NCBI RefSeq assembly: GCF_006345805.1 | Contig: NC_042998.1 | Coordinates: 182,652,001 to 182,716,000 of the forward strand | Origin: Octopus sinensis | Taxonomy: Eukaryota | Direction of reading: 5' to 3' | Length of the DNA stretch: 64,000 nt | Shown here: one piece after another, positions 52,275 to 64,000 of the stretch | Layout of the letters: each line of letters begins with the position of its first letter | Position numbering within the stretch: position 1 is the stretch's first letter | Notes under the pieces: generated by a model | What the model saw: only the letters and a program-made list of their open reading frames with translations | Databases searched by the model: none | What the model was told of the DNA's origin: nothing | Translations under genes and position numbers: made by a program

Positions 52275-52682
52275 GGCGCAGGATTGGCTGAGTGATAAGT
52301 AGCTTGCTTACCAACCACATGGTTCCGGGTTCAGTTCCACTATGTGGTACCTTGAGTAACTGTCTTCTACTATAGCCTCGGGCCGACCAAAGCCTAGTGA
52401 GTGGATTTGGTAGACGAAAACTGAAAGAAGCCCATCATATATATGTAGATACATATGTGTGTGTGTGTGTTTGTATGTCTGTGTTTGTCCCCCCAGCATC
52501 GCTTGACAACCGATGCTGGTGTGTTTACATCCCCGTAACTTAGTGGTTCAGCAAAAGAGACTGATAAAATAAGTACTAGACTTACAAAGAATAAGTCCTG
52601 GAGTCGATTTGCTCGACTAAAGGCAGTGCTCCAGCATGGCTACAGTCAAATGACTGAAACAAGTAAAAGAGTAAAAGAGTAA
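52275..52682 (+). mobile_element. Family K SINE
   Basis: Full-length homology to 40867-41260. Confidence 0.85.
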
Positions 52683-53041
52683 ATAATTAGAATACACAGG
52701 TTAACAAGAAAAGTTTTTCAATGGTTGGGTGCAGGATTGAAGCAGAACCTAATTTTGTATGCCTAGAAAACTCTCAAAATCACCTGAAAGCTCATTGAAC
52801 AAGTTGAGCAATAATTAATAATGTAATCAAGTTAAAACTATAAAACTAGTACAACAACAACAATATTGCAAAAATCTCTGAGTGTAAAATTACAGTATTT
52901 CATTATGCTTTTTTTTATACTTACACATCATTATCACATTAAGGATGAAGGGAAAACAGGATCTGAAATAGGATGTATTCTTCCAAATGGCAAGCATGTT
53001 GATAACCTTGCATTATCTTGGTTTTGTATTTGTATATTAAA

Positions 53042-53384
53042 TCTCTCTCTATATAAAGCTGAAGTTGTCTGTGTATGTCTGTGTAGCCTTCAACTAACAC
53101 TATCTCCTCCAAGACCTGATGATAGAAGAAGGTTTGCTCTTCCTTCCGTAGAAGGAAAAATTCAAATCAGACCATGTTAACACCAAAAATTATTTACATC
53201 AAAAAAGTGCTTTTTTTCTATGAAAATCCCTACTTTTTACGATTTTTGACTGCCGTGTCGCCATTTTTCGGTGTATGTTCACTTAAAGAGAATAACAAGC
53301 TACTTAATACAAAATTTTACTTTTCAAAAATTCCAATTCTAAAGGGTCGAAACAAACCCGAGCAATGCCAGGCAATACTGCTAG
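53042..53384 (+). mobile_element. Non-autonomous Helitron-like element (second family)
   Basis: 5' TCTCTCTCTATATAAAG, 3' CCCGAGCAATGCCAGGCAATACTGCTAG; inserted between A53041 and T53385. Confidence 0.75.
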
Positions 53385-54291
53385 TACATGTTAAAAACCA
53401 AATAATCTAAATAATCTTGTTCCATAGTGTTGTGTAAATAACTCTTTGGTCTTAGAAGAACACAACATGGCTGGAATTCACTGGTCAAATTTGAATTAAT
53501 AAATATTAAATGTGTCTCTGCTGGAGAAATTGACCACCATAATTGTTTAAATAGCTTATGGGATAAGTTCAACTGAATTATTTGATTCTAACTTCTATTG
53601 AATTGTCATACACAAAAGCAGTTCTATTTGAAGATGTTACAAAGATTATCAATATATCTGGATTTAAGAAGAATAGAGCTCTTCCTTTCTTGACTCCAGC
53701 CTTTTTACTTGAGGTCATGCTCGGAAATTTGGAAGGGTAATACATCGTCATTGCCTTGTTAGCTTATGATAATACATTAAAGTAAAATATAAGAAACAAT
53801 AGATGGGAGAAGGAGTATAAGTTAGAAAGATAAAATTGTAAAATAGAAAAAGTTTAGCTGGTGGAAAAAGAAAATGGTCTGTATTTATATTTGTTTACAA
53901 CCATAGAGCAAAACAAAAAATGTGGATAATCCACTTGTTAATAAGACCACTATAAGTTAAGACATGGCTTCACTATTGAGTAATAACTATGGTAAAATAA
54001 AAACAAATAACAATGATAGACAATATCATATATTTGTCATTATTATTGTCAATGAGTGTACAGTAAAATGTATATGCATAGACAATAATGATGGCAAATA
54101 TGTGACAGAAGGGACCAACAGAATAACTTCCTCAAAGATGACAGTGAAAGAAGTGGATTTACAGGTGGTTCTAATTGGAATTAAATGATGAATCAAAGTA
54201 AAGTTAATATACCGTGCTTGCTGGTCAATCAGAGAGTGTTTGATTCAATTCAGTATTTAGAGAACAAAAATGCAAAAAAGTATCTAAATCT

Positions 54292-54478
54292 AAAGCTTGA
54301 TGCATTCAACTATACCCTTGATGGAGGGATTCTAACATGGTCGTACTCCAATGATGGCAATGGTGGTAATGATTGTGCCAATAGGGGTGATGATGATGAT
54401 GAGGATGATGATGTCTCTGTAATATATGACCATGTATTATTCATACCTGTTTGACAAGAGGCCAACAAATTTAAGCAA
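54292..54478. repeat. Composite copy of 50729-51050: inverted segment followed by direct segment
   Basis: 54295-54410 is the reverse complement of ~50940-51045; 54415-54478 is a direct copy of ~50729-50790. Confidence 0.9.
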
Positions 54479-54974
54479 ATTTAAGCAACTCAGAAAATAG
54501 CAACAGGCGAAATACTGCTAAGCATTTCAGCTTAATTGATATTATTCATTATCATCATCATCATCATCATTGGCGTCCGTCTTCCATGCTAGCATGGGTT
54601 GGATGGTTCAACTGGGGTCTGGGAAGCCAGAAGGCTGCACCAGGCCCAGTCTGATCTGGCAATGTTTCTACGGCTGGATGTCCTTCCTAACGCCAACCAC
54701 TCCGTGAGTGTAGTGGGTGCTTTTTACGTGCCAGACGAGGCTGGCAAGCGGCCACGATCGGATGGTGCTTTTTATGTGCTACCAGCAGGGAGGCCAGTTG
54801 GGGCAGTGCTGGCAACGGCCACATTTGGATGGTTCTCTTACATGCGGCCAGTGCTGGTATCACAGCTACAATTTCCATTGATGTTGATCGATTTTGATTT
54901 TGATTTTGATTTTAATTCAATATAAAAAAGGAGAAAACCAATTGTAGATCTAAGATATTATTCACAATACTTAC

Positions 54975-55053
54975 CTGTTGATTCCTGTTTAACAAATTTC
55001 TATGACAAATTAGTTAGGTCTATTGTGAAAATACTTGGAGAAACATGTCACTT
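54975..55053 (-). other. Candidate non-coding exon (79 nt)
   Basis: Acceptor ttcttacttctttgcag and consensus donor CAG|gtaagtat; all three frames closed. A second candidate exon lies at 55235-55358. Confidence 0.3.
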
Positions 55054-55491
55054 CTGCAAAGAAGTAAGAACAGCACACATACTTTTGAACTTTGGAGTTC
55101 ATTTTGAACTTATAATTCTTTCCCCCCTCTATGGAACTTTGGAAAAAAATGTCAAGCACTTTAAGCCTGCTCTCATTGAGCAGCTCTGGCTGTTTACAAC
55201 AGTAAGCTGTACTCATGCCATGGTACCTACTTACAGATTGACAAAGCAAGCTGGAGAGTTGTTCAAGGATAACATAAACGAGTAACTGATATTTTGTTTG
55301 GTTTGAAAACGTGCCTAAGCATTTCAACTGTCCTGAAAGTAATCTTTCCCATTGTCATCTGAAGAGGAGGAAGCAGACCTCTTTCTTCAACAAACTACTC
55401 TTTAGTAACTCACCGTTGGCACCATTAACATTTTGACAGAAACTAAATAAACAAGACATGCTTGAAGATGATGATAATAATAATAATAATG

Positions 55492-55545
<54 letters not shown>

Positions 55546-57049
55546 TAATAATATCGTATCAGTATAAAGAATTGTTGCAGGTAAGTGGTACTACAGGAGA
55601 GTTATCCTTCAATAGAATCTCTGGTAACATGTTTTCTCTTTCAGGCAAGAATTACTTCACCAAGTATAATGTCAATGGGGCAGATTTAAATGTAACAATC
55701 TCCAAAATACTTTCCTCTTACTTTGAATCAATAGTGCCCCAGCATGGCCACAGCTCATGAGCTGAAACTAGATAAAATGAAAAATAAAATAAAAAGCTAA
55801 TGAGAGAGCTGCTGCATAATTTACCTTCTCAACATAGCAACCAAATCTACCTCCTATTACATCCTACTATCTTAAATAAGAAAAGAAATATTGGATAAAG
55901 TATTAGATAATCCTAGAAAAATGACTAACCATAACTAGAATACATTGGATTATAAGTTTAGCTTAATCAGAGCTTACTTAAACAATAGCAACAATAATTC
56001 TAGGAATCCAAAAATTTTAATTAAGAAATTATGATGGCAATAGTTAAAATTATAATTATTTTTACATCTTTTCTATATTACCACTTCAATAGTTTCTCAG
56101 CAAAAAATAATGTTACAAGATGTTATTTTTTCCCTCTCAAAGAAGTTCTCCAACATGGCCTTCACCATCTTGACTAAAACAAACCAAGAACTAAAGAACA
56201 TGAACGAAGAAGCATCTATGTTTTTCTTCAATTATCCAAATATTTACTCATTTATTTTATCTTGAAGATGATTTACCCCAAAGAATTTCTTTCTAAGAAT
56301 AGAAGGAAAAAAAAAAGGAAAACTCTATTCTGATTGTTATCTAAATCCAGGTATGTCTTCAGTAAGGTAAATAAACAACAGTCTATCTGACTGTTTGTTA
56401 AAAAACTTCGGAATGACATTGTGACACAGATTTCAAAGAGAGTTTCACTTCATAAAAAAACTCACCGAAAACAAACATGAGAAAAAATGCATGCTGAAAG
56501 TATGCACATGTGCAAGTATCTATATAAGTTTATTCATGCATGTGTATGTGTGTATGCATGTATATTGTATGTATGAATGTATTAACAAGCAAATTCAAAT
56601 TTGTATGTGTATATGTGCGTGTGTGTGTGTATGTATGTGTGTGTGCATGTGTGAGAGAGAAAGAGAAAGTGGGAAGAAATGAGGGGGTGGTGCATCAGAA
56701 AGTCTGTGTATGAGTCAATGAGATGTAGGTTTTAAATATATTTATATATAATTACAACCACAAGTTTTATCTATTTATCAACATACACATCTGTCTCTCT
56801 ATCTGCTTGTTTAGCAATATATGTATGTACCTGTAGGTGTTTACATACATTCACACATATATATGTGGGTGGGGGTGTATGAATGTGGTAAGTATATATA
56901 TATATATATATACATATATGATCTGTCTGTGCCATGTATAGGGGTGCTTTCCATAAGGTAAGAGTTAGTAATGAGTACAGCAATAAATCTAGTGTGCAAA
57001 GTAGAGTTTATCAGAGCTCAGCTCTCCATCTCTTCTTATTTATCATAGA

Positions 57050-57960
57050 CTTCCATGCCATAACATAGGAGTTAATGACTGATGCTCACTGGTTATGGGA
57101 ACTCCTCTATATTGATGACCTTGCACATATAACTGAATTTGTAGTAGAGTTAGAAAAGAAATCCAAATGTGGAAGCAAAATCTGGAATCAAAGGGCCTTA
57201 AATTTAGCAAAGACAAACATTCTAGTAAGCAAGAAAACAGATAGAGTGCTAAGTCCTTCAGAAAAATGGCTCTGTTATATAGAAAAGGTGTAGATAAAAA
57301 TTCCATGTGGATATATATGCAGTACAAAGAATGGAAATATAAGAAGTGCAGTGGAATCACAGGAAGATTAATAGAGAAAGTAGGCCTTGTTTGTGGCAGA
57401 TGCACAGGAGCAATAAAACACAAAGAAACCATGGGATAGATTTTTTCAAATGCCCAGTGGTTTCCTTGAAAGTAGTAAGCAATTTTTGTTACCTAGGTCA
57501 CAGAATTAGTAGTAGTGAATGATATTCTGAATTGGCTGGAGAAAGTTCAGAGAACTAATACATTCATACAAGGCCCCTTTCTCAGAATGAAAGGTAGATT
57601 GTGTGATATCTCTGTACAAACAGCAATGACGCAAGATAGTGAGAGGTGACCAGGAATGCAGAGGAGATACAAAGACTAAAAAAATTTTTAGCTTATATGC
57701 TTTGCTGGATAGGCAATGTACAGAGAGCAAGTACAATAAAGTGTAAATGTTCTGAGAGAAAAAGTTAGGTAAAACAGCTTCAAATGTTGTGATACGAAAG
57801 AGAAACTGTATTGGTATGGTCATGTGGTGCATATGTGCGGAGATGGCCACATAACGAATTGAGATTGGTATGTATGGATTGAACTTGTGGAAGAAGGAGA
57901 CTCACGAAGGTGTGGGACATAGTAGTGAAGACAAACCTTAAATTGTCAAGCTTCACAGAA
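57050..57960 (+). mobile_element. Older, more decayed copy of the PHD-bearing RTE-type LINE
   Basis: WELLYIDDLAHI, KKCSGITGRLIEKVGLVCGRCTGAI and ENCIGMVMW segments parallel 9350-10250. Confidence 0.7.
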
Positions 57961-58989
57961 ATGATGAAGGTGTGACATGATTGGCAATTCTCTGTGTTTG
58001 CAAAGAACCATACATCTCAGAAAAAATGAGGTCCTAAAAGCATGTTGTTTATGCCTATGCCTCTCCACCCAAGTCGTCTTCTCCTGTCAAGCCTTCCTGC
58101 AACTCATTTTCCTGACATCCATCCCCCCATCACTCTTCTAACTACAACACTTTCCCACAGCTGCTCAAATTATATGAAAGCAGAACTACATATTTAGTCT
58201 CCCTTTTGTGTGACCAATTATCCCTCTCCTTGGAACCACTTCCCTTGTCACTCATCCAGCATTCTCAATATCATCCCTTACCAATTTGTTTACCACTGAA
58301 TTCCCCTTCTTCTGACCACCCTCTCATCATTGGTACCCCCAGCTTTGTTTGTTACTCATTATAGCAACCCTAGGCCCTCTTCTTTATCACTGTGCATCCC
58401 TCTCTCACCTCTCACACTTCACATCATTTCTTTACTTCTTATCCATCTACTGTTGCTCTCCACTACCCCACTTTTCCACACATTTATCTCTTTCTCCTCC
58501 TTGATCTACTTCTCCTTTCTTTTATCCTCCCACCACCAAACCCATCCATGTTCACCATTCACTGCATTCCCCCTCTATTGCCATCTCTGACCATCAGTTA
58601 CTCTCTTTTCACACTCTTGTGAACTTACCTATCCACTCATCTTCAATCCTCTGTCCCTATCCTCCTTTATACCCACCTTCTTGTAACTTGAAGGTATACC
58701 GTGAAGATATACCTAACAATTCATCTTCATCATTTTTTCTCTCTTTTCAGGTGGGATAGCAATGCATCTTCCCTTACAACAGGACATCTGTTCCAATACC
58801 TATAACAAAGCACATGTCACTAATGAATATTGCAACTGGATAACGAAAATATGGACCTAGTAACACTTTATGTTTAATAAAACAGTGGCCTGCAATGTGT
58901 TTGTTGTACCAGTACTCATACCAACATTTGGGCTACTTGATTGGATGCTTGATGAGATCTGAGTCATTGATGTGAAAATCCAGAAGATA

Positions 58990-59640
58990 CTGACCAGCAC
59001 AAATAATTTTCACCTCAACAGCAACATAGACTGCCTTTACCTAAAATGAAAACAAAGAGGCAGAGGTTTAACATTGATCCAGACTGCCTTCGAATGTCAT
59101 ATCATATCCCTTCAGCAACATTTTTTAACCATCAAGTGTCGAAATGCAGCCCTTGACCAAGTTTGCATACACAAGGCAGATAATATTGAACAACATTCCT
59201 TGTCCAATAACCTTCAATACATGCCCAAAGTTGCACAGCTCTACCACAATGTATCATCAGATGAAAGGATTAGGGTATATCAGCAGAAGGCCATTTATGG
59301 ATATGTTAGTAGAAAGCTCCAGGATGACAGCAACATTGATAATCAAAGCAGTCTATCATAGACTAACAACTGGACTACGAACACACACTTTGAAGGTATG
59401 AGTTTTCAATCTTAGAACAGGAGATAGCAACCTGATGCACAAAAGATATAGAGACAGAGGAAGAACAAGAAAATGGGATAACCAATGTAGACTTTGTTTG
59501 AGTTAACTTTGAAGTTAACATAAAAAGTTGTCCAACAATGTCATCACATTATTATCTACCAATTGGATATGATGTTGTAGTCACGACGCTATAATGAGAT
59601 CTATTGGCATCCTTTCTGTCTCGGAAGACAATGGAGTTGC
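58990..59640 (+). pseudogene. Decayed R4/Dong-like LINE, third family (C), pre-CCHC and CCHC region
   Basis: QQKAIYGYVSRKLQDDSNIDNQSSLS, HFEG, EQEIAT, CRLC and SCPTMSSHYYLPIGYDVV; interrupted by the RTE insertion. Confidence 0.5.
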
Positions 59641-59687
59641 GCATTTTTTTTTTTTTTTTTTTCTAGGTCTAGTCCGGCTGTTATATT

Positions 59688-61691
59688 TTATTTCCTGTTA
59701 CATTTCTTGCTGTGGCTGTGTAGTCCTATCCTGGACAAACACTCCCTCTGGCAGGTACTGCAAATGTAGCGAAGACTGTTCCTGGCTGGTTGTAGTGCCA
59801 TGGTCTCTTGTTTATGTTTCTTCCTTTCTTTCCATTTCTCCTCTCTCTCTCTGTCACTCCTCTGTATACCCTCTTTTACTGTACGTCGCCATTCTCCACG
59901 GTTGCCGGCGACTGCCTCCCAACCGCTAATGTTGATGTTGCAGGCCTTCATATCCCTTTTGCAAACATCCTTGTAACGTAAGATCGGTCTACACACAGAC
60001 CTAGTACCCCTAGCAAGCTCTCCGTAGAGTATGTCCTTGGGGATTCTGCCATCTTTCATACGGCTAACATGCCCAAGCCATCTCATACGTCTTTGTGTGA
60101 GGAGTGCAAACATGCTTGGTATTCCTGCTTGCCTGAGGACATCTTTGTTGGGGATATGATTCTGCCATTTGATGTGGAGGATTTTTCGGAGGCAGCGCAG
60201 GTGAAAGATGTTTAGGCGACGCTCTTGGCGTGTGTATAGCGTCCAGGTCTCGCTTCCATACAGTAGAGTGCTGAGTACACATGCCTGGTAGATCTTCATT
60301 TTTGTGGTCTTGGTCAGCTTATTGTTGTCCCAAGCCCGTTTGGAGAGTTGGGCCATCGCAGCAGCTGCCTTGCCAATGCGTATATTGAGCTCAGCGTCAA
60401 GGGATAGGTTGTAGGTGACGGTAGAGCCCAGATAGGTAAACTTCTCCACCTCTTGTAATCTGTGGTCTCCAATATGTATGTTTGGGATGTCCGATGTAGC
60501 CTGGCCCATGATGTTGGTCTTCTTAAGGCTGATAGCTAAGCCAAAGTCGTTACATGCTTGCTCAAAACAGTTAATGAGCCTTTGGAGGGCTTCTTCTGTG
60601 TGTGTTACCAGAGCGGCATCATCAGCAAATAACATCTCCTTGATCAGGACGTTTCTGATTTTGGTCTTGGCACGCAGGCGCGAGAGATTGAACAGTTTCC
60701 CGTCACTTCTACTGTGCAGAAACACTCCATCATCTGATGTCTGAAAGGCATGTGACAGCAAGAGTGAGAAGAAGATGCCAAACAATGTAGGAGCGAGGAC
60801 ACAGCCTTGCTTTACCCCGTTTTTTATTTGGAAGGCGGCTGATGTTGAACCGTTGTGCTGTATGGTGCCTTGCATGTCATCATGGAAAGACTTGATGATC
60901 CTCAGCAGCTTTGGTGGACATCCGATTTTTTGGAGCAGGAGGAAGAGGCCTGTTCTGCTTACCGAGTCAAAAGCCTTTGTTAGATCAATGAAGGCCATAT
61001 ATAATGGCATTTTCTGCTCTCTGGACTTCTCCTGAAGTTGGCGTATGGAGAATATCATATCGATAGTTGATCTGCTTCTTCTAAAGCCACACTGCGATTC
61101 CGGATAGATTCGAGAAGCAAGTAGTTGTAGCCTGGCCAGGATAATGCGGGCAAAGGTCTTTCCAACAGTGCTTAGAAGGGATATACCACGGTAATTGTTA
61201 CAATCACCACGGTCACCTTTGTTTTTGTAGAGCGTAATGATGTTGGCATCCCGCATATTCTGAGGGACTGTACCCTCTTCCCAGCACTGACACAGAAGCT
61301 CATGAAGGTGCCGAAGCAGGATGGTGTTTTTGCCAGCTTTGATGATCTCTGAGGGGATGCCGTCTTTTCCCGGAGCCTTATTTCTTGCTAGGGAGTCAAC
61401 AGCGTTGGTGAGCTCTGCTATAGATGGCGGACTGTCAAGTTCGCACATGACTGGCAAGATCTTGACACTCTCGACTGCAGCCTCAGCCACTGTGGTCTCC
61501 CGTGAGTAGAGATCCTGGTAGTGCTCCACCCATCTATCCATTTGCTTGCCTTGATCCCTGATGAGATCTCCAGTAGTTGATTTCAGAGGGGCTGACTTGG
61601 TTGCGGCTGGGCCGAGGGCCTTCTTCAAACCAGCATACATCCCACGGGTGTCGCCCCTGTCGTATACAAGGCTTCCCTGATATAGTCCCAC
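59688..61691 (-). CDS. RTE reverse transcriptase frame, 667 aa uninterrupted (N-terminal start is an artefact of the internal deletion)
   Basis: ORF track; RT motifs intact including FADD; stop TAA at 59688-59690. Confidence 0.85.
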   Translation of the reverse strand: MGLYQGSLVYDRGDTRGMYAGLKKALGPAATKSAPLKSTTGDLIRDQGKQMDRWVEHYQDLYSRETTVAEAAVESVKILPVMCELDSPPSIAELTNAVDSLARNKAPGKDGIPSEIIKAGKNTILLRHLHELLCQCWEEGTVPQNMRDANIITLYKNKGDRGDCNNYRGISLLSTVGKTFARIILARLQLLASRIYPESQCGFRRSRSTIDMIFSIRQLQEKSREQKMPLYMAFIDLTKAFDSVSRTGLFLLLQKIGCPPKLLRIIKSFHDDMQGTIQHNGSTSAAFQIKNGVKQGCVLAPTLFGIFFSLLLSHAFQTSDDGVFLHSRSDGKLFNLSRLRAKTKIRNVLIKEMLFADDAALVTHTEEALQRLINCFEQACNDFGLAISLKKTNIMGQATSDIPNIHIGDHRLQEVEKFTYLGSTVTYNLSLDAELNIRIGKAAAAMAQLSKRAWDNNKLTKTTKMKIYQACVLSTLLYGSETWTLYTRQERRLNIFHLRCLRKILHIKWQNHIPNKDVLRQAGIPSMFALLTQRRMRWLGHVSRMKDGRIPKDILYGELARGTRSVCRPILRYKDVCKRDMKACNINISGWEAVAGNRGEWRRTVKEGIQRSDREREEKWKERKKHKQETMALQPARNSLRYICSTCQRECLSRIGLHSHSKKCNRK

Positions 61692-62292
61692 CTACTTTCA
61701 GCAGAGGAGGTTGGGCAGCTACTGAAGGCAACCTTGATAGAAGCAGCAAAACATTTTCGCAGTGTAGGGTCCGAGGTTCTGGCGGTGTTGATGCGTGGTC
61801 GGCCCACTTTCTTGGAGCGATGGACTTTTTTAGGGAGAATCCTCACCCTGCTTCTAATTAGTGAGTGGTCTGTGTCACAATCCGCACTGTGGTAACTGCG
61901 GGTCAATAGAGTGGAACTCAGAAAGGATCTCCGTGTAATGATGAGATCCAGCTGATGCCAGTGGTGAGATCTTGGATGTCTCCAGGATGCCTTGTGGGAT
62001 GGCTTGCTGGTAAAGAATGTGTTTGTGATGCACAGGTTGTGGTATGTGCAGAATTCGAGTAGTCTCTGACCATTGTCATTCATGTTGCCAATACCAAAGT
62101 GTCCAACACAAATGGGCCACGAATCATGGTCAGATCCCACGCGAGCGTTAAAATCCCCTAGAAGGTAGATATTTTCAGTCGTTGGTATATTTTCTAGGAC
62201 ACAGTTGAGATCTTTGTAGAACTGGTCCTTGGTCTCCTCTGAGCTGTAGAGAGTGGGAGCATAGATGCTGAGTAGATGTACTGAGCCAGAAG
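61625..62292 (-). pseudogene. Apurinic-type endonuclease frame of the same RTE, out of frame with the RT
   Basis: Open from SGSVHLLSIYAPT to WDYIREALY, then shifts frame at ~61655-61663. Confidence 0.85.
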
Positions 62293-62845
62293 GATAATTC
62301 TGAGGCCAAAGGGGCTAAACACAGAGAGGACAAACAAGGACAGACAAACGGATTAAGTCAATTATATTGACCCCAGTGCGTAACTGGCACTTATCTAATC
62401 GACCCTGAAAGGATGAAAGGCAAAGGCGACCTCGGCGGTATTTGAACTCAGAACGTAATGGCAGACAGAATACCGCTAAGCATTTCGCCCGACATGCTAA
62501 CGCTTCTGCCAGCTCACCACCTTAATAATTCAACACAACCTGAAGGGAAAACTTGAAGTGGAATGTACTCTACCAAAGTTATTTGTTAGCAGAAACATAG
62601 ATGCCTTCAATTCATTAAAGGTTTCCTCAGCCTTATGTCTATATACATATACACATTTATGAATATATGATGATGGTTGTTGATATTAAGGTCTCCACGG
62701 GGCAGTATTTAGCTGCAGATTTAATAACATAAAACAGATAAGAGATAAAAAAAACAAAATGTTACCTCTGTTACACTAGATCTTATCTGCTGAGAAAATC
62801 ATCACAAGCCTATTTAAGAAAACCTGTGGGTATATATGTCAGTAA

Positions 62846-62965
62846 ATATTTATACATACATACATACATACATGCATGCATACATACATACATACATACA
62901 TACATACATACATACATACATACATACATACATACATACATACATGCATAAATACATACATACAT
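62846..62965. repeat. (ACAT)n microsatellite
   Basis: Direct reading. Confidence 0.9.
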
Positions 62966-64000
62966 GCATGCATGCACATGCACACACGCACACACACCAC
63001 ACATTGTATATAAATTCAGATATGGCTATGTGTTTAAGAAGCTCACTTCCCAACCATATGGTTTCAGGTTCAGTTCCACTGTGTGGCACTTTGGGCAAGC
63101 GTTTTGTTTTATAGCCTTGGGTTGATCAATGCCTTGTGAATGAATTTGGATGATTAAAAACTGTATGGAAATCTGTCATATATGTATGTGTATGTATGTG
63201 AATATGTGTGTATATATCCGTGTGTATGTGTGTGTGTGTTTATATGAGTTTGTATGTGAGTGTGTATGTGTTTGTTTCCCTCATTGTGTGACAATCAGTA
63301 TTGATTTGTTTACATCTCCATAGCTTAGCGGTTTGGCAACAGAGACTAATTGAATGGGTACTAGATTTACAAAATAAGTACTGGGGTCAAATTATTTGAT
63401 TAAACCCCTCGAGATGGTGCCCCATCGTGGCTGCAGTTCAATGACTGAAACAAGTAAAAGATAAAAGATAGAAGGTATGTTGTATGTATGTGAGTACAAT
63501 GGGTGAGAAAACATTTGTACAAGAGTATGATAAGATACATACATGATGATGAGACAGAAAGAGTTATAGGAAGAAATATTGTGATACCAAGAGCAAGAAG
63601 ATGTATGAAAAGCAAGGGAATGAGTGAGAGTGAGATCATCATCATCATTATCATCTAATGTCCATATTCCATGCTGGCATGGGTTGGACGAGCCAGAAGA
63701 CTGCATTGAATTCCAGTGTCTGTTTCAGCGTGGCTTCTACAGCTGGATGCCATTCCCAACATCATCCATTTTACAGAATGTACTGTGTAAAGTTTTCATG
63801 GCACCATCACTAGAGAGGTCAACAAATAACTTGCAAAACAAGACCCCTTGGCTGAGTTGGGGTGCAATATTGAGGGAGAGGGCATTGTGCTAGCTGTGGA
63901 GAAACTGAAGAATGATAAAGGACCAGGGACAGTTGTCTTGCTGTATAGGGGATACATGGCCACTGCAGCTGGAAAGGAAGGAAAGATGGTGAAGATGAGA

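Larger units (their letters stand above)
59644..62292 (-). mobile_element. 5'-truncated RTE (BovB-like) LINE with poly(A) tail
   Basis: APE motifs LSIYAPT, LGDFNARVG, LDLIITR, TDHSL; RT motifs KAPGKDGI, QCGFRRSRSTIDM, KQGCVLAPTLF, LFADD; C-terminal CxxC..HxH; A19 tail at 59644-59662. Confidence 0.92.

Noticed and set aside
54967-54977. ATACTTACCTG, identical to the U1 snRNA 5' end
   Set aside because: No further U1 sequence follows; better read as a minus-strand splice donor.
59625-62310. Target-site duplication for the RTE insertion
   Set aside because: The left flank (GGAGTTGCGCA) does not recur at the 5' end, which abuts a SINE; no TSD is supportable.

Overview
AT-rich, microsatellite- and transposon-dense eukaryotic DNA. 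I recognise the SINE and LINE families as those of octopod cephalopods (Octopus); this is an inference, not a database result. I found no intact host gene, rRNA, true tRNA gene or CRISPR array, and most ORFs in the supplied track are microsatellite or antisense artefacts. Real coding sequence is transposon-derived: (1) a 5'-truncated R4/Dong-type RT + restriction-like-endonuclease LINE (714-3090, minus; short second copy 47585-48108) with a dead YIDG active site; (2) a young, GC-rich RTE/BovB-like LINE (59644-62292, minus) with an internal out-of-frame deletion and a poly(A) tail; (3) a decayed RTE-type LINE carrying a PHD-like finger (8875-10760; 57050-57960); (4) mariner and DD37D transposase remnants. 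Non-coding mobile DNA includes tRNA-derived SINEs, two non-autonomous Helitrons, Merlin-like and Tc2-like MITEs, fold-back elements and several Penelope-like pieces embedded in (TA)n that carry decayed minimal hammerhead-ribozyme motifs. The most interesting items are a (TA)n-embedded 813-bp element combining a 93-bp tandem CCAAT/CRE array, a TATA box and a hammerhead-like motif (5987-6799); a 354-bp hammerhead-like unit with terminal direct repeats (32649-33024); and a complex LINE insertion bounded by 157-bp direct repeats (1-3247). A few minus-strand candidate exons, one WD40-like, hint at a host transcript but cannot be confirmed here.
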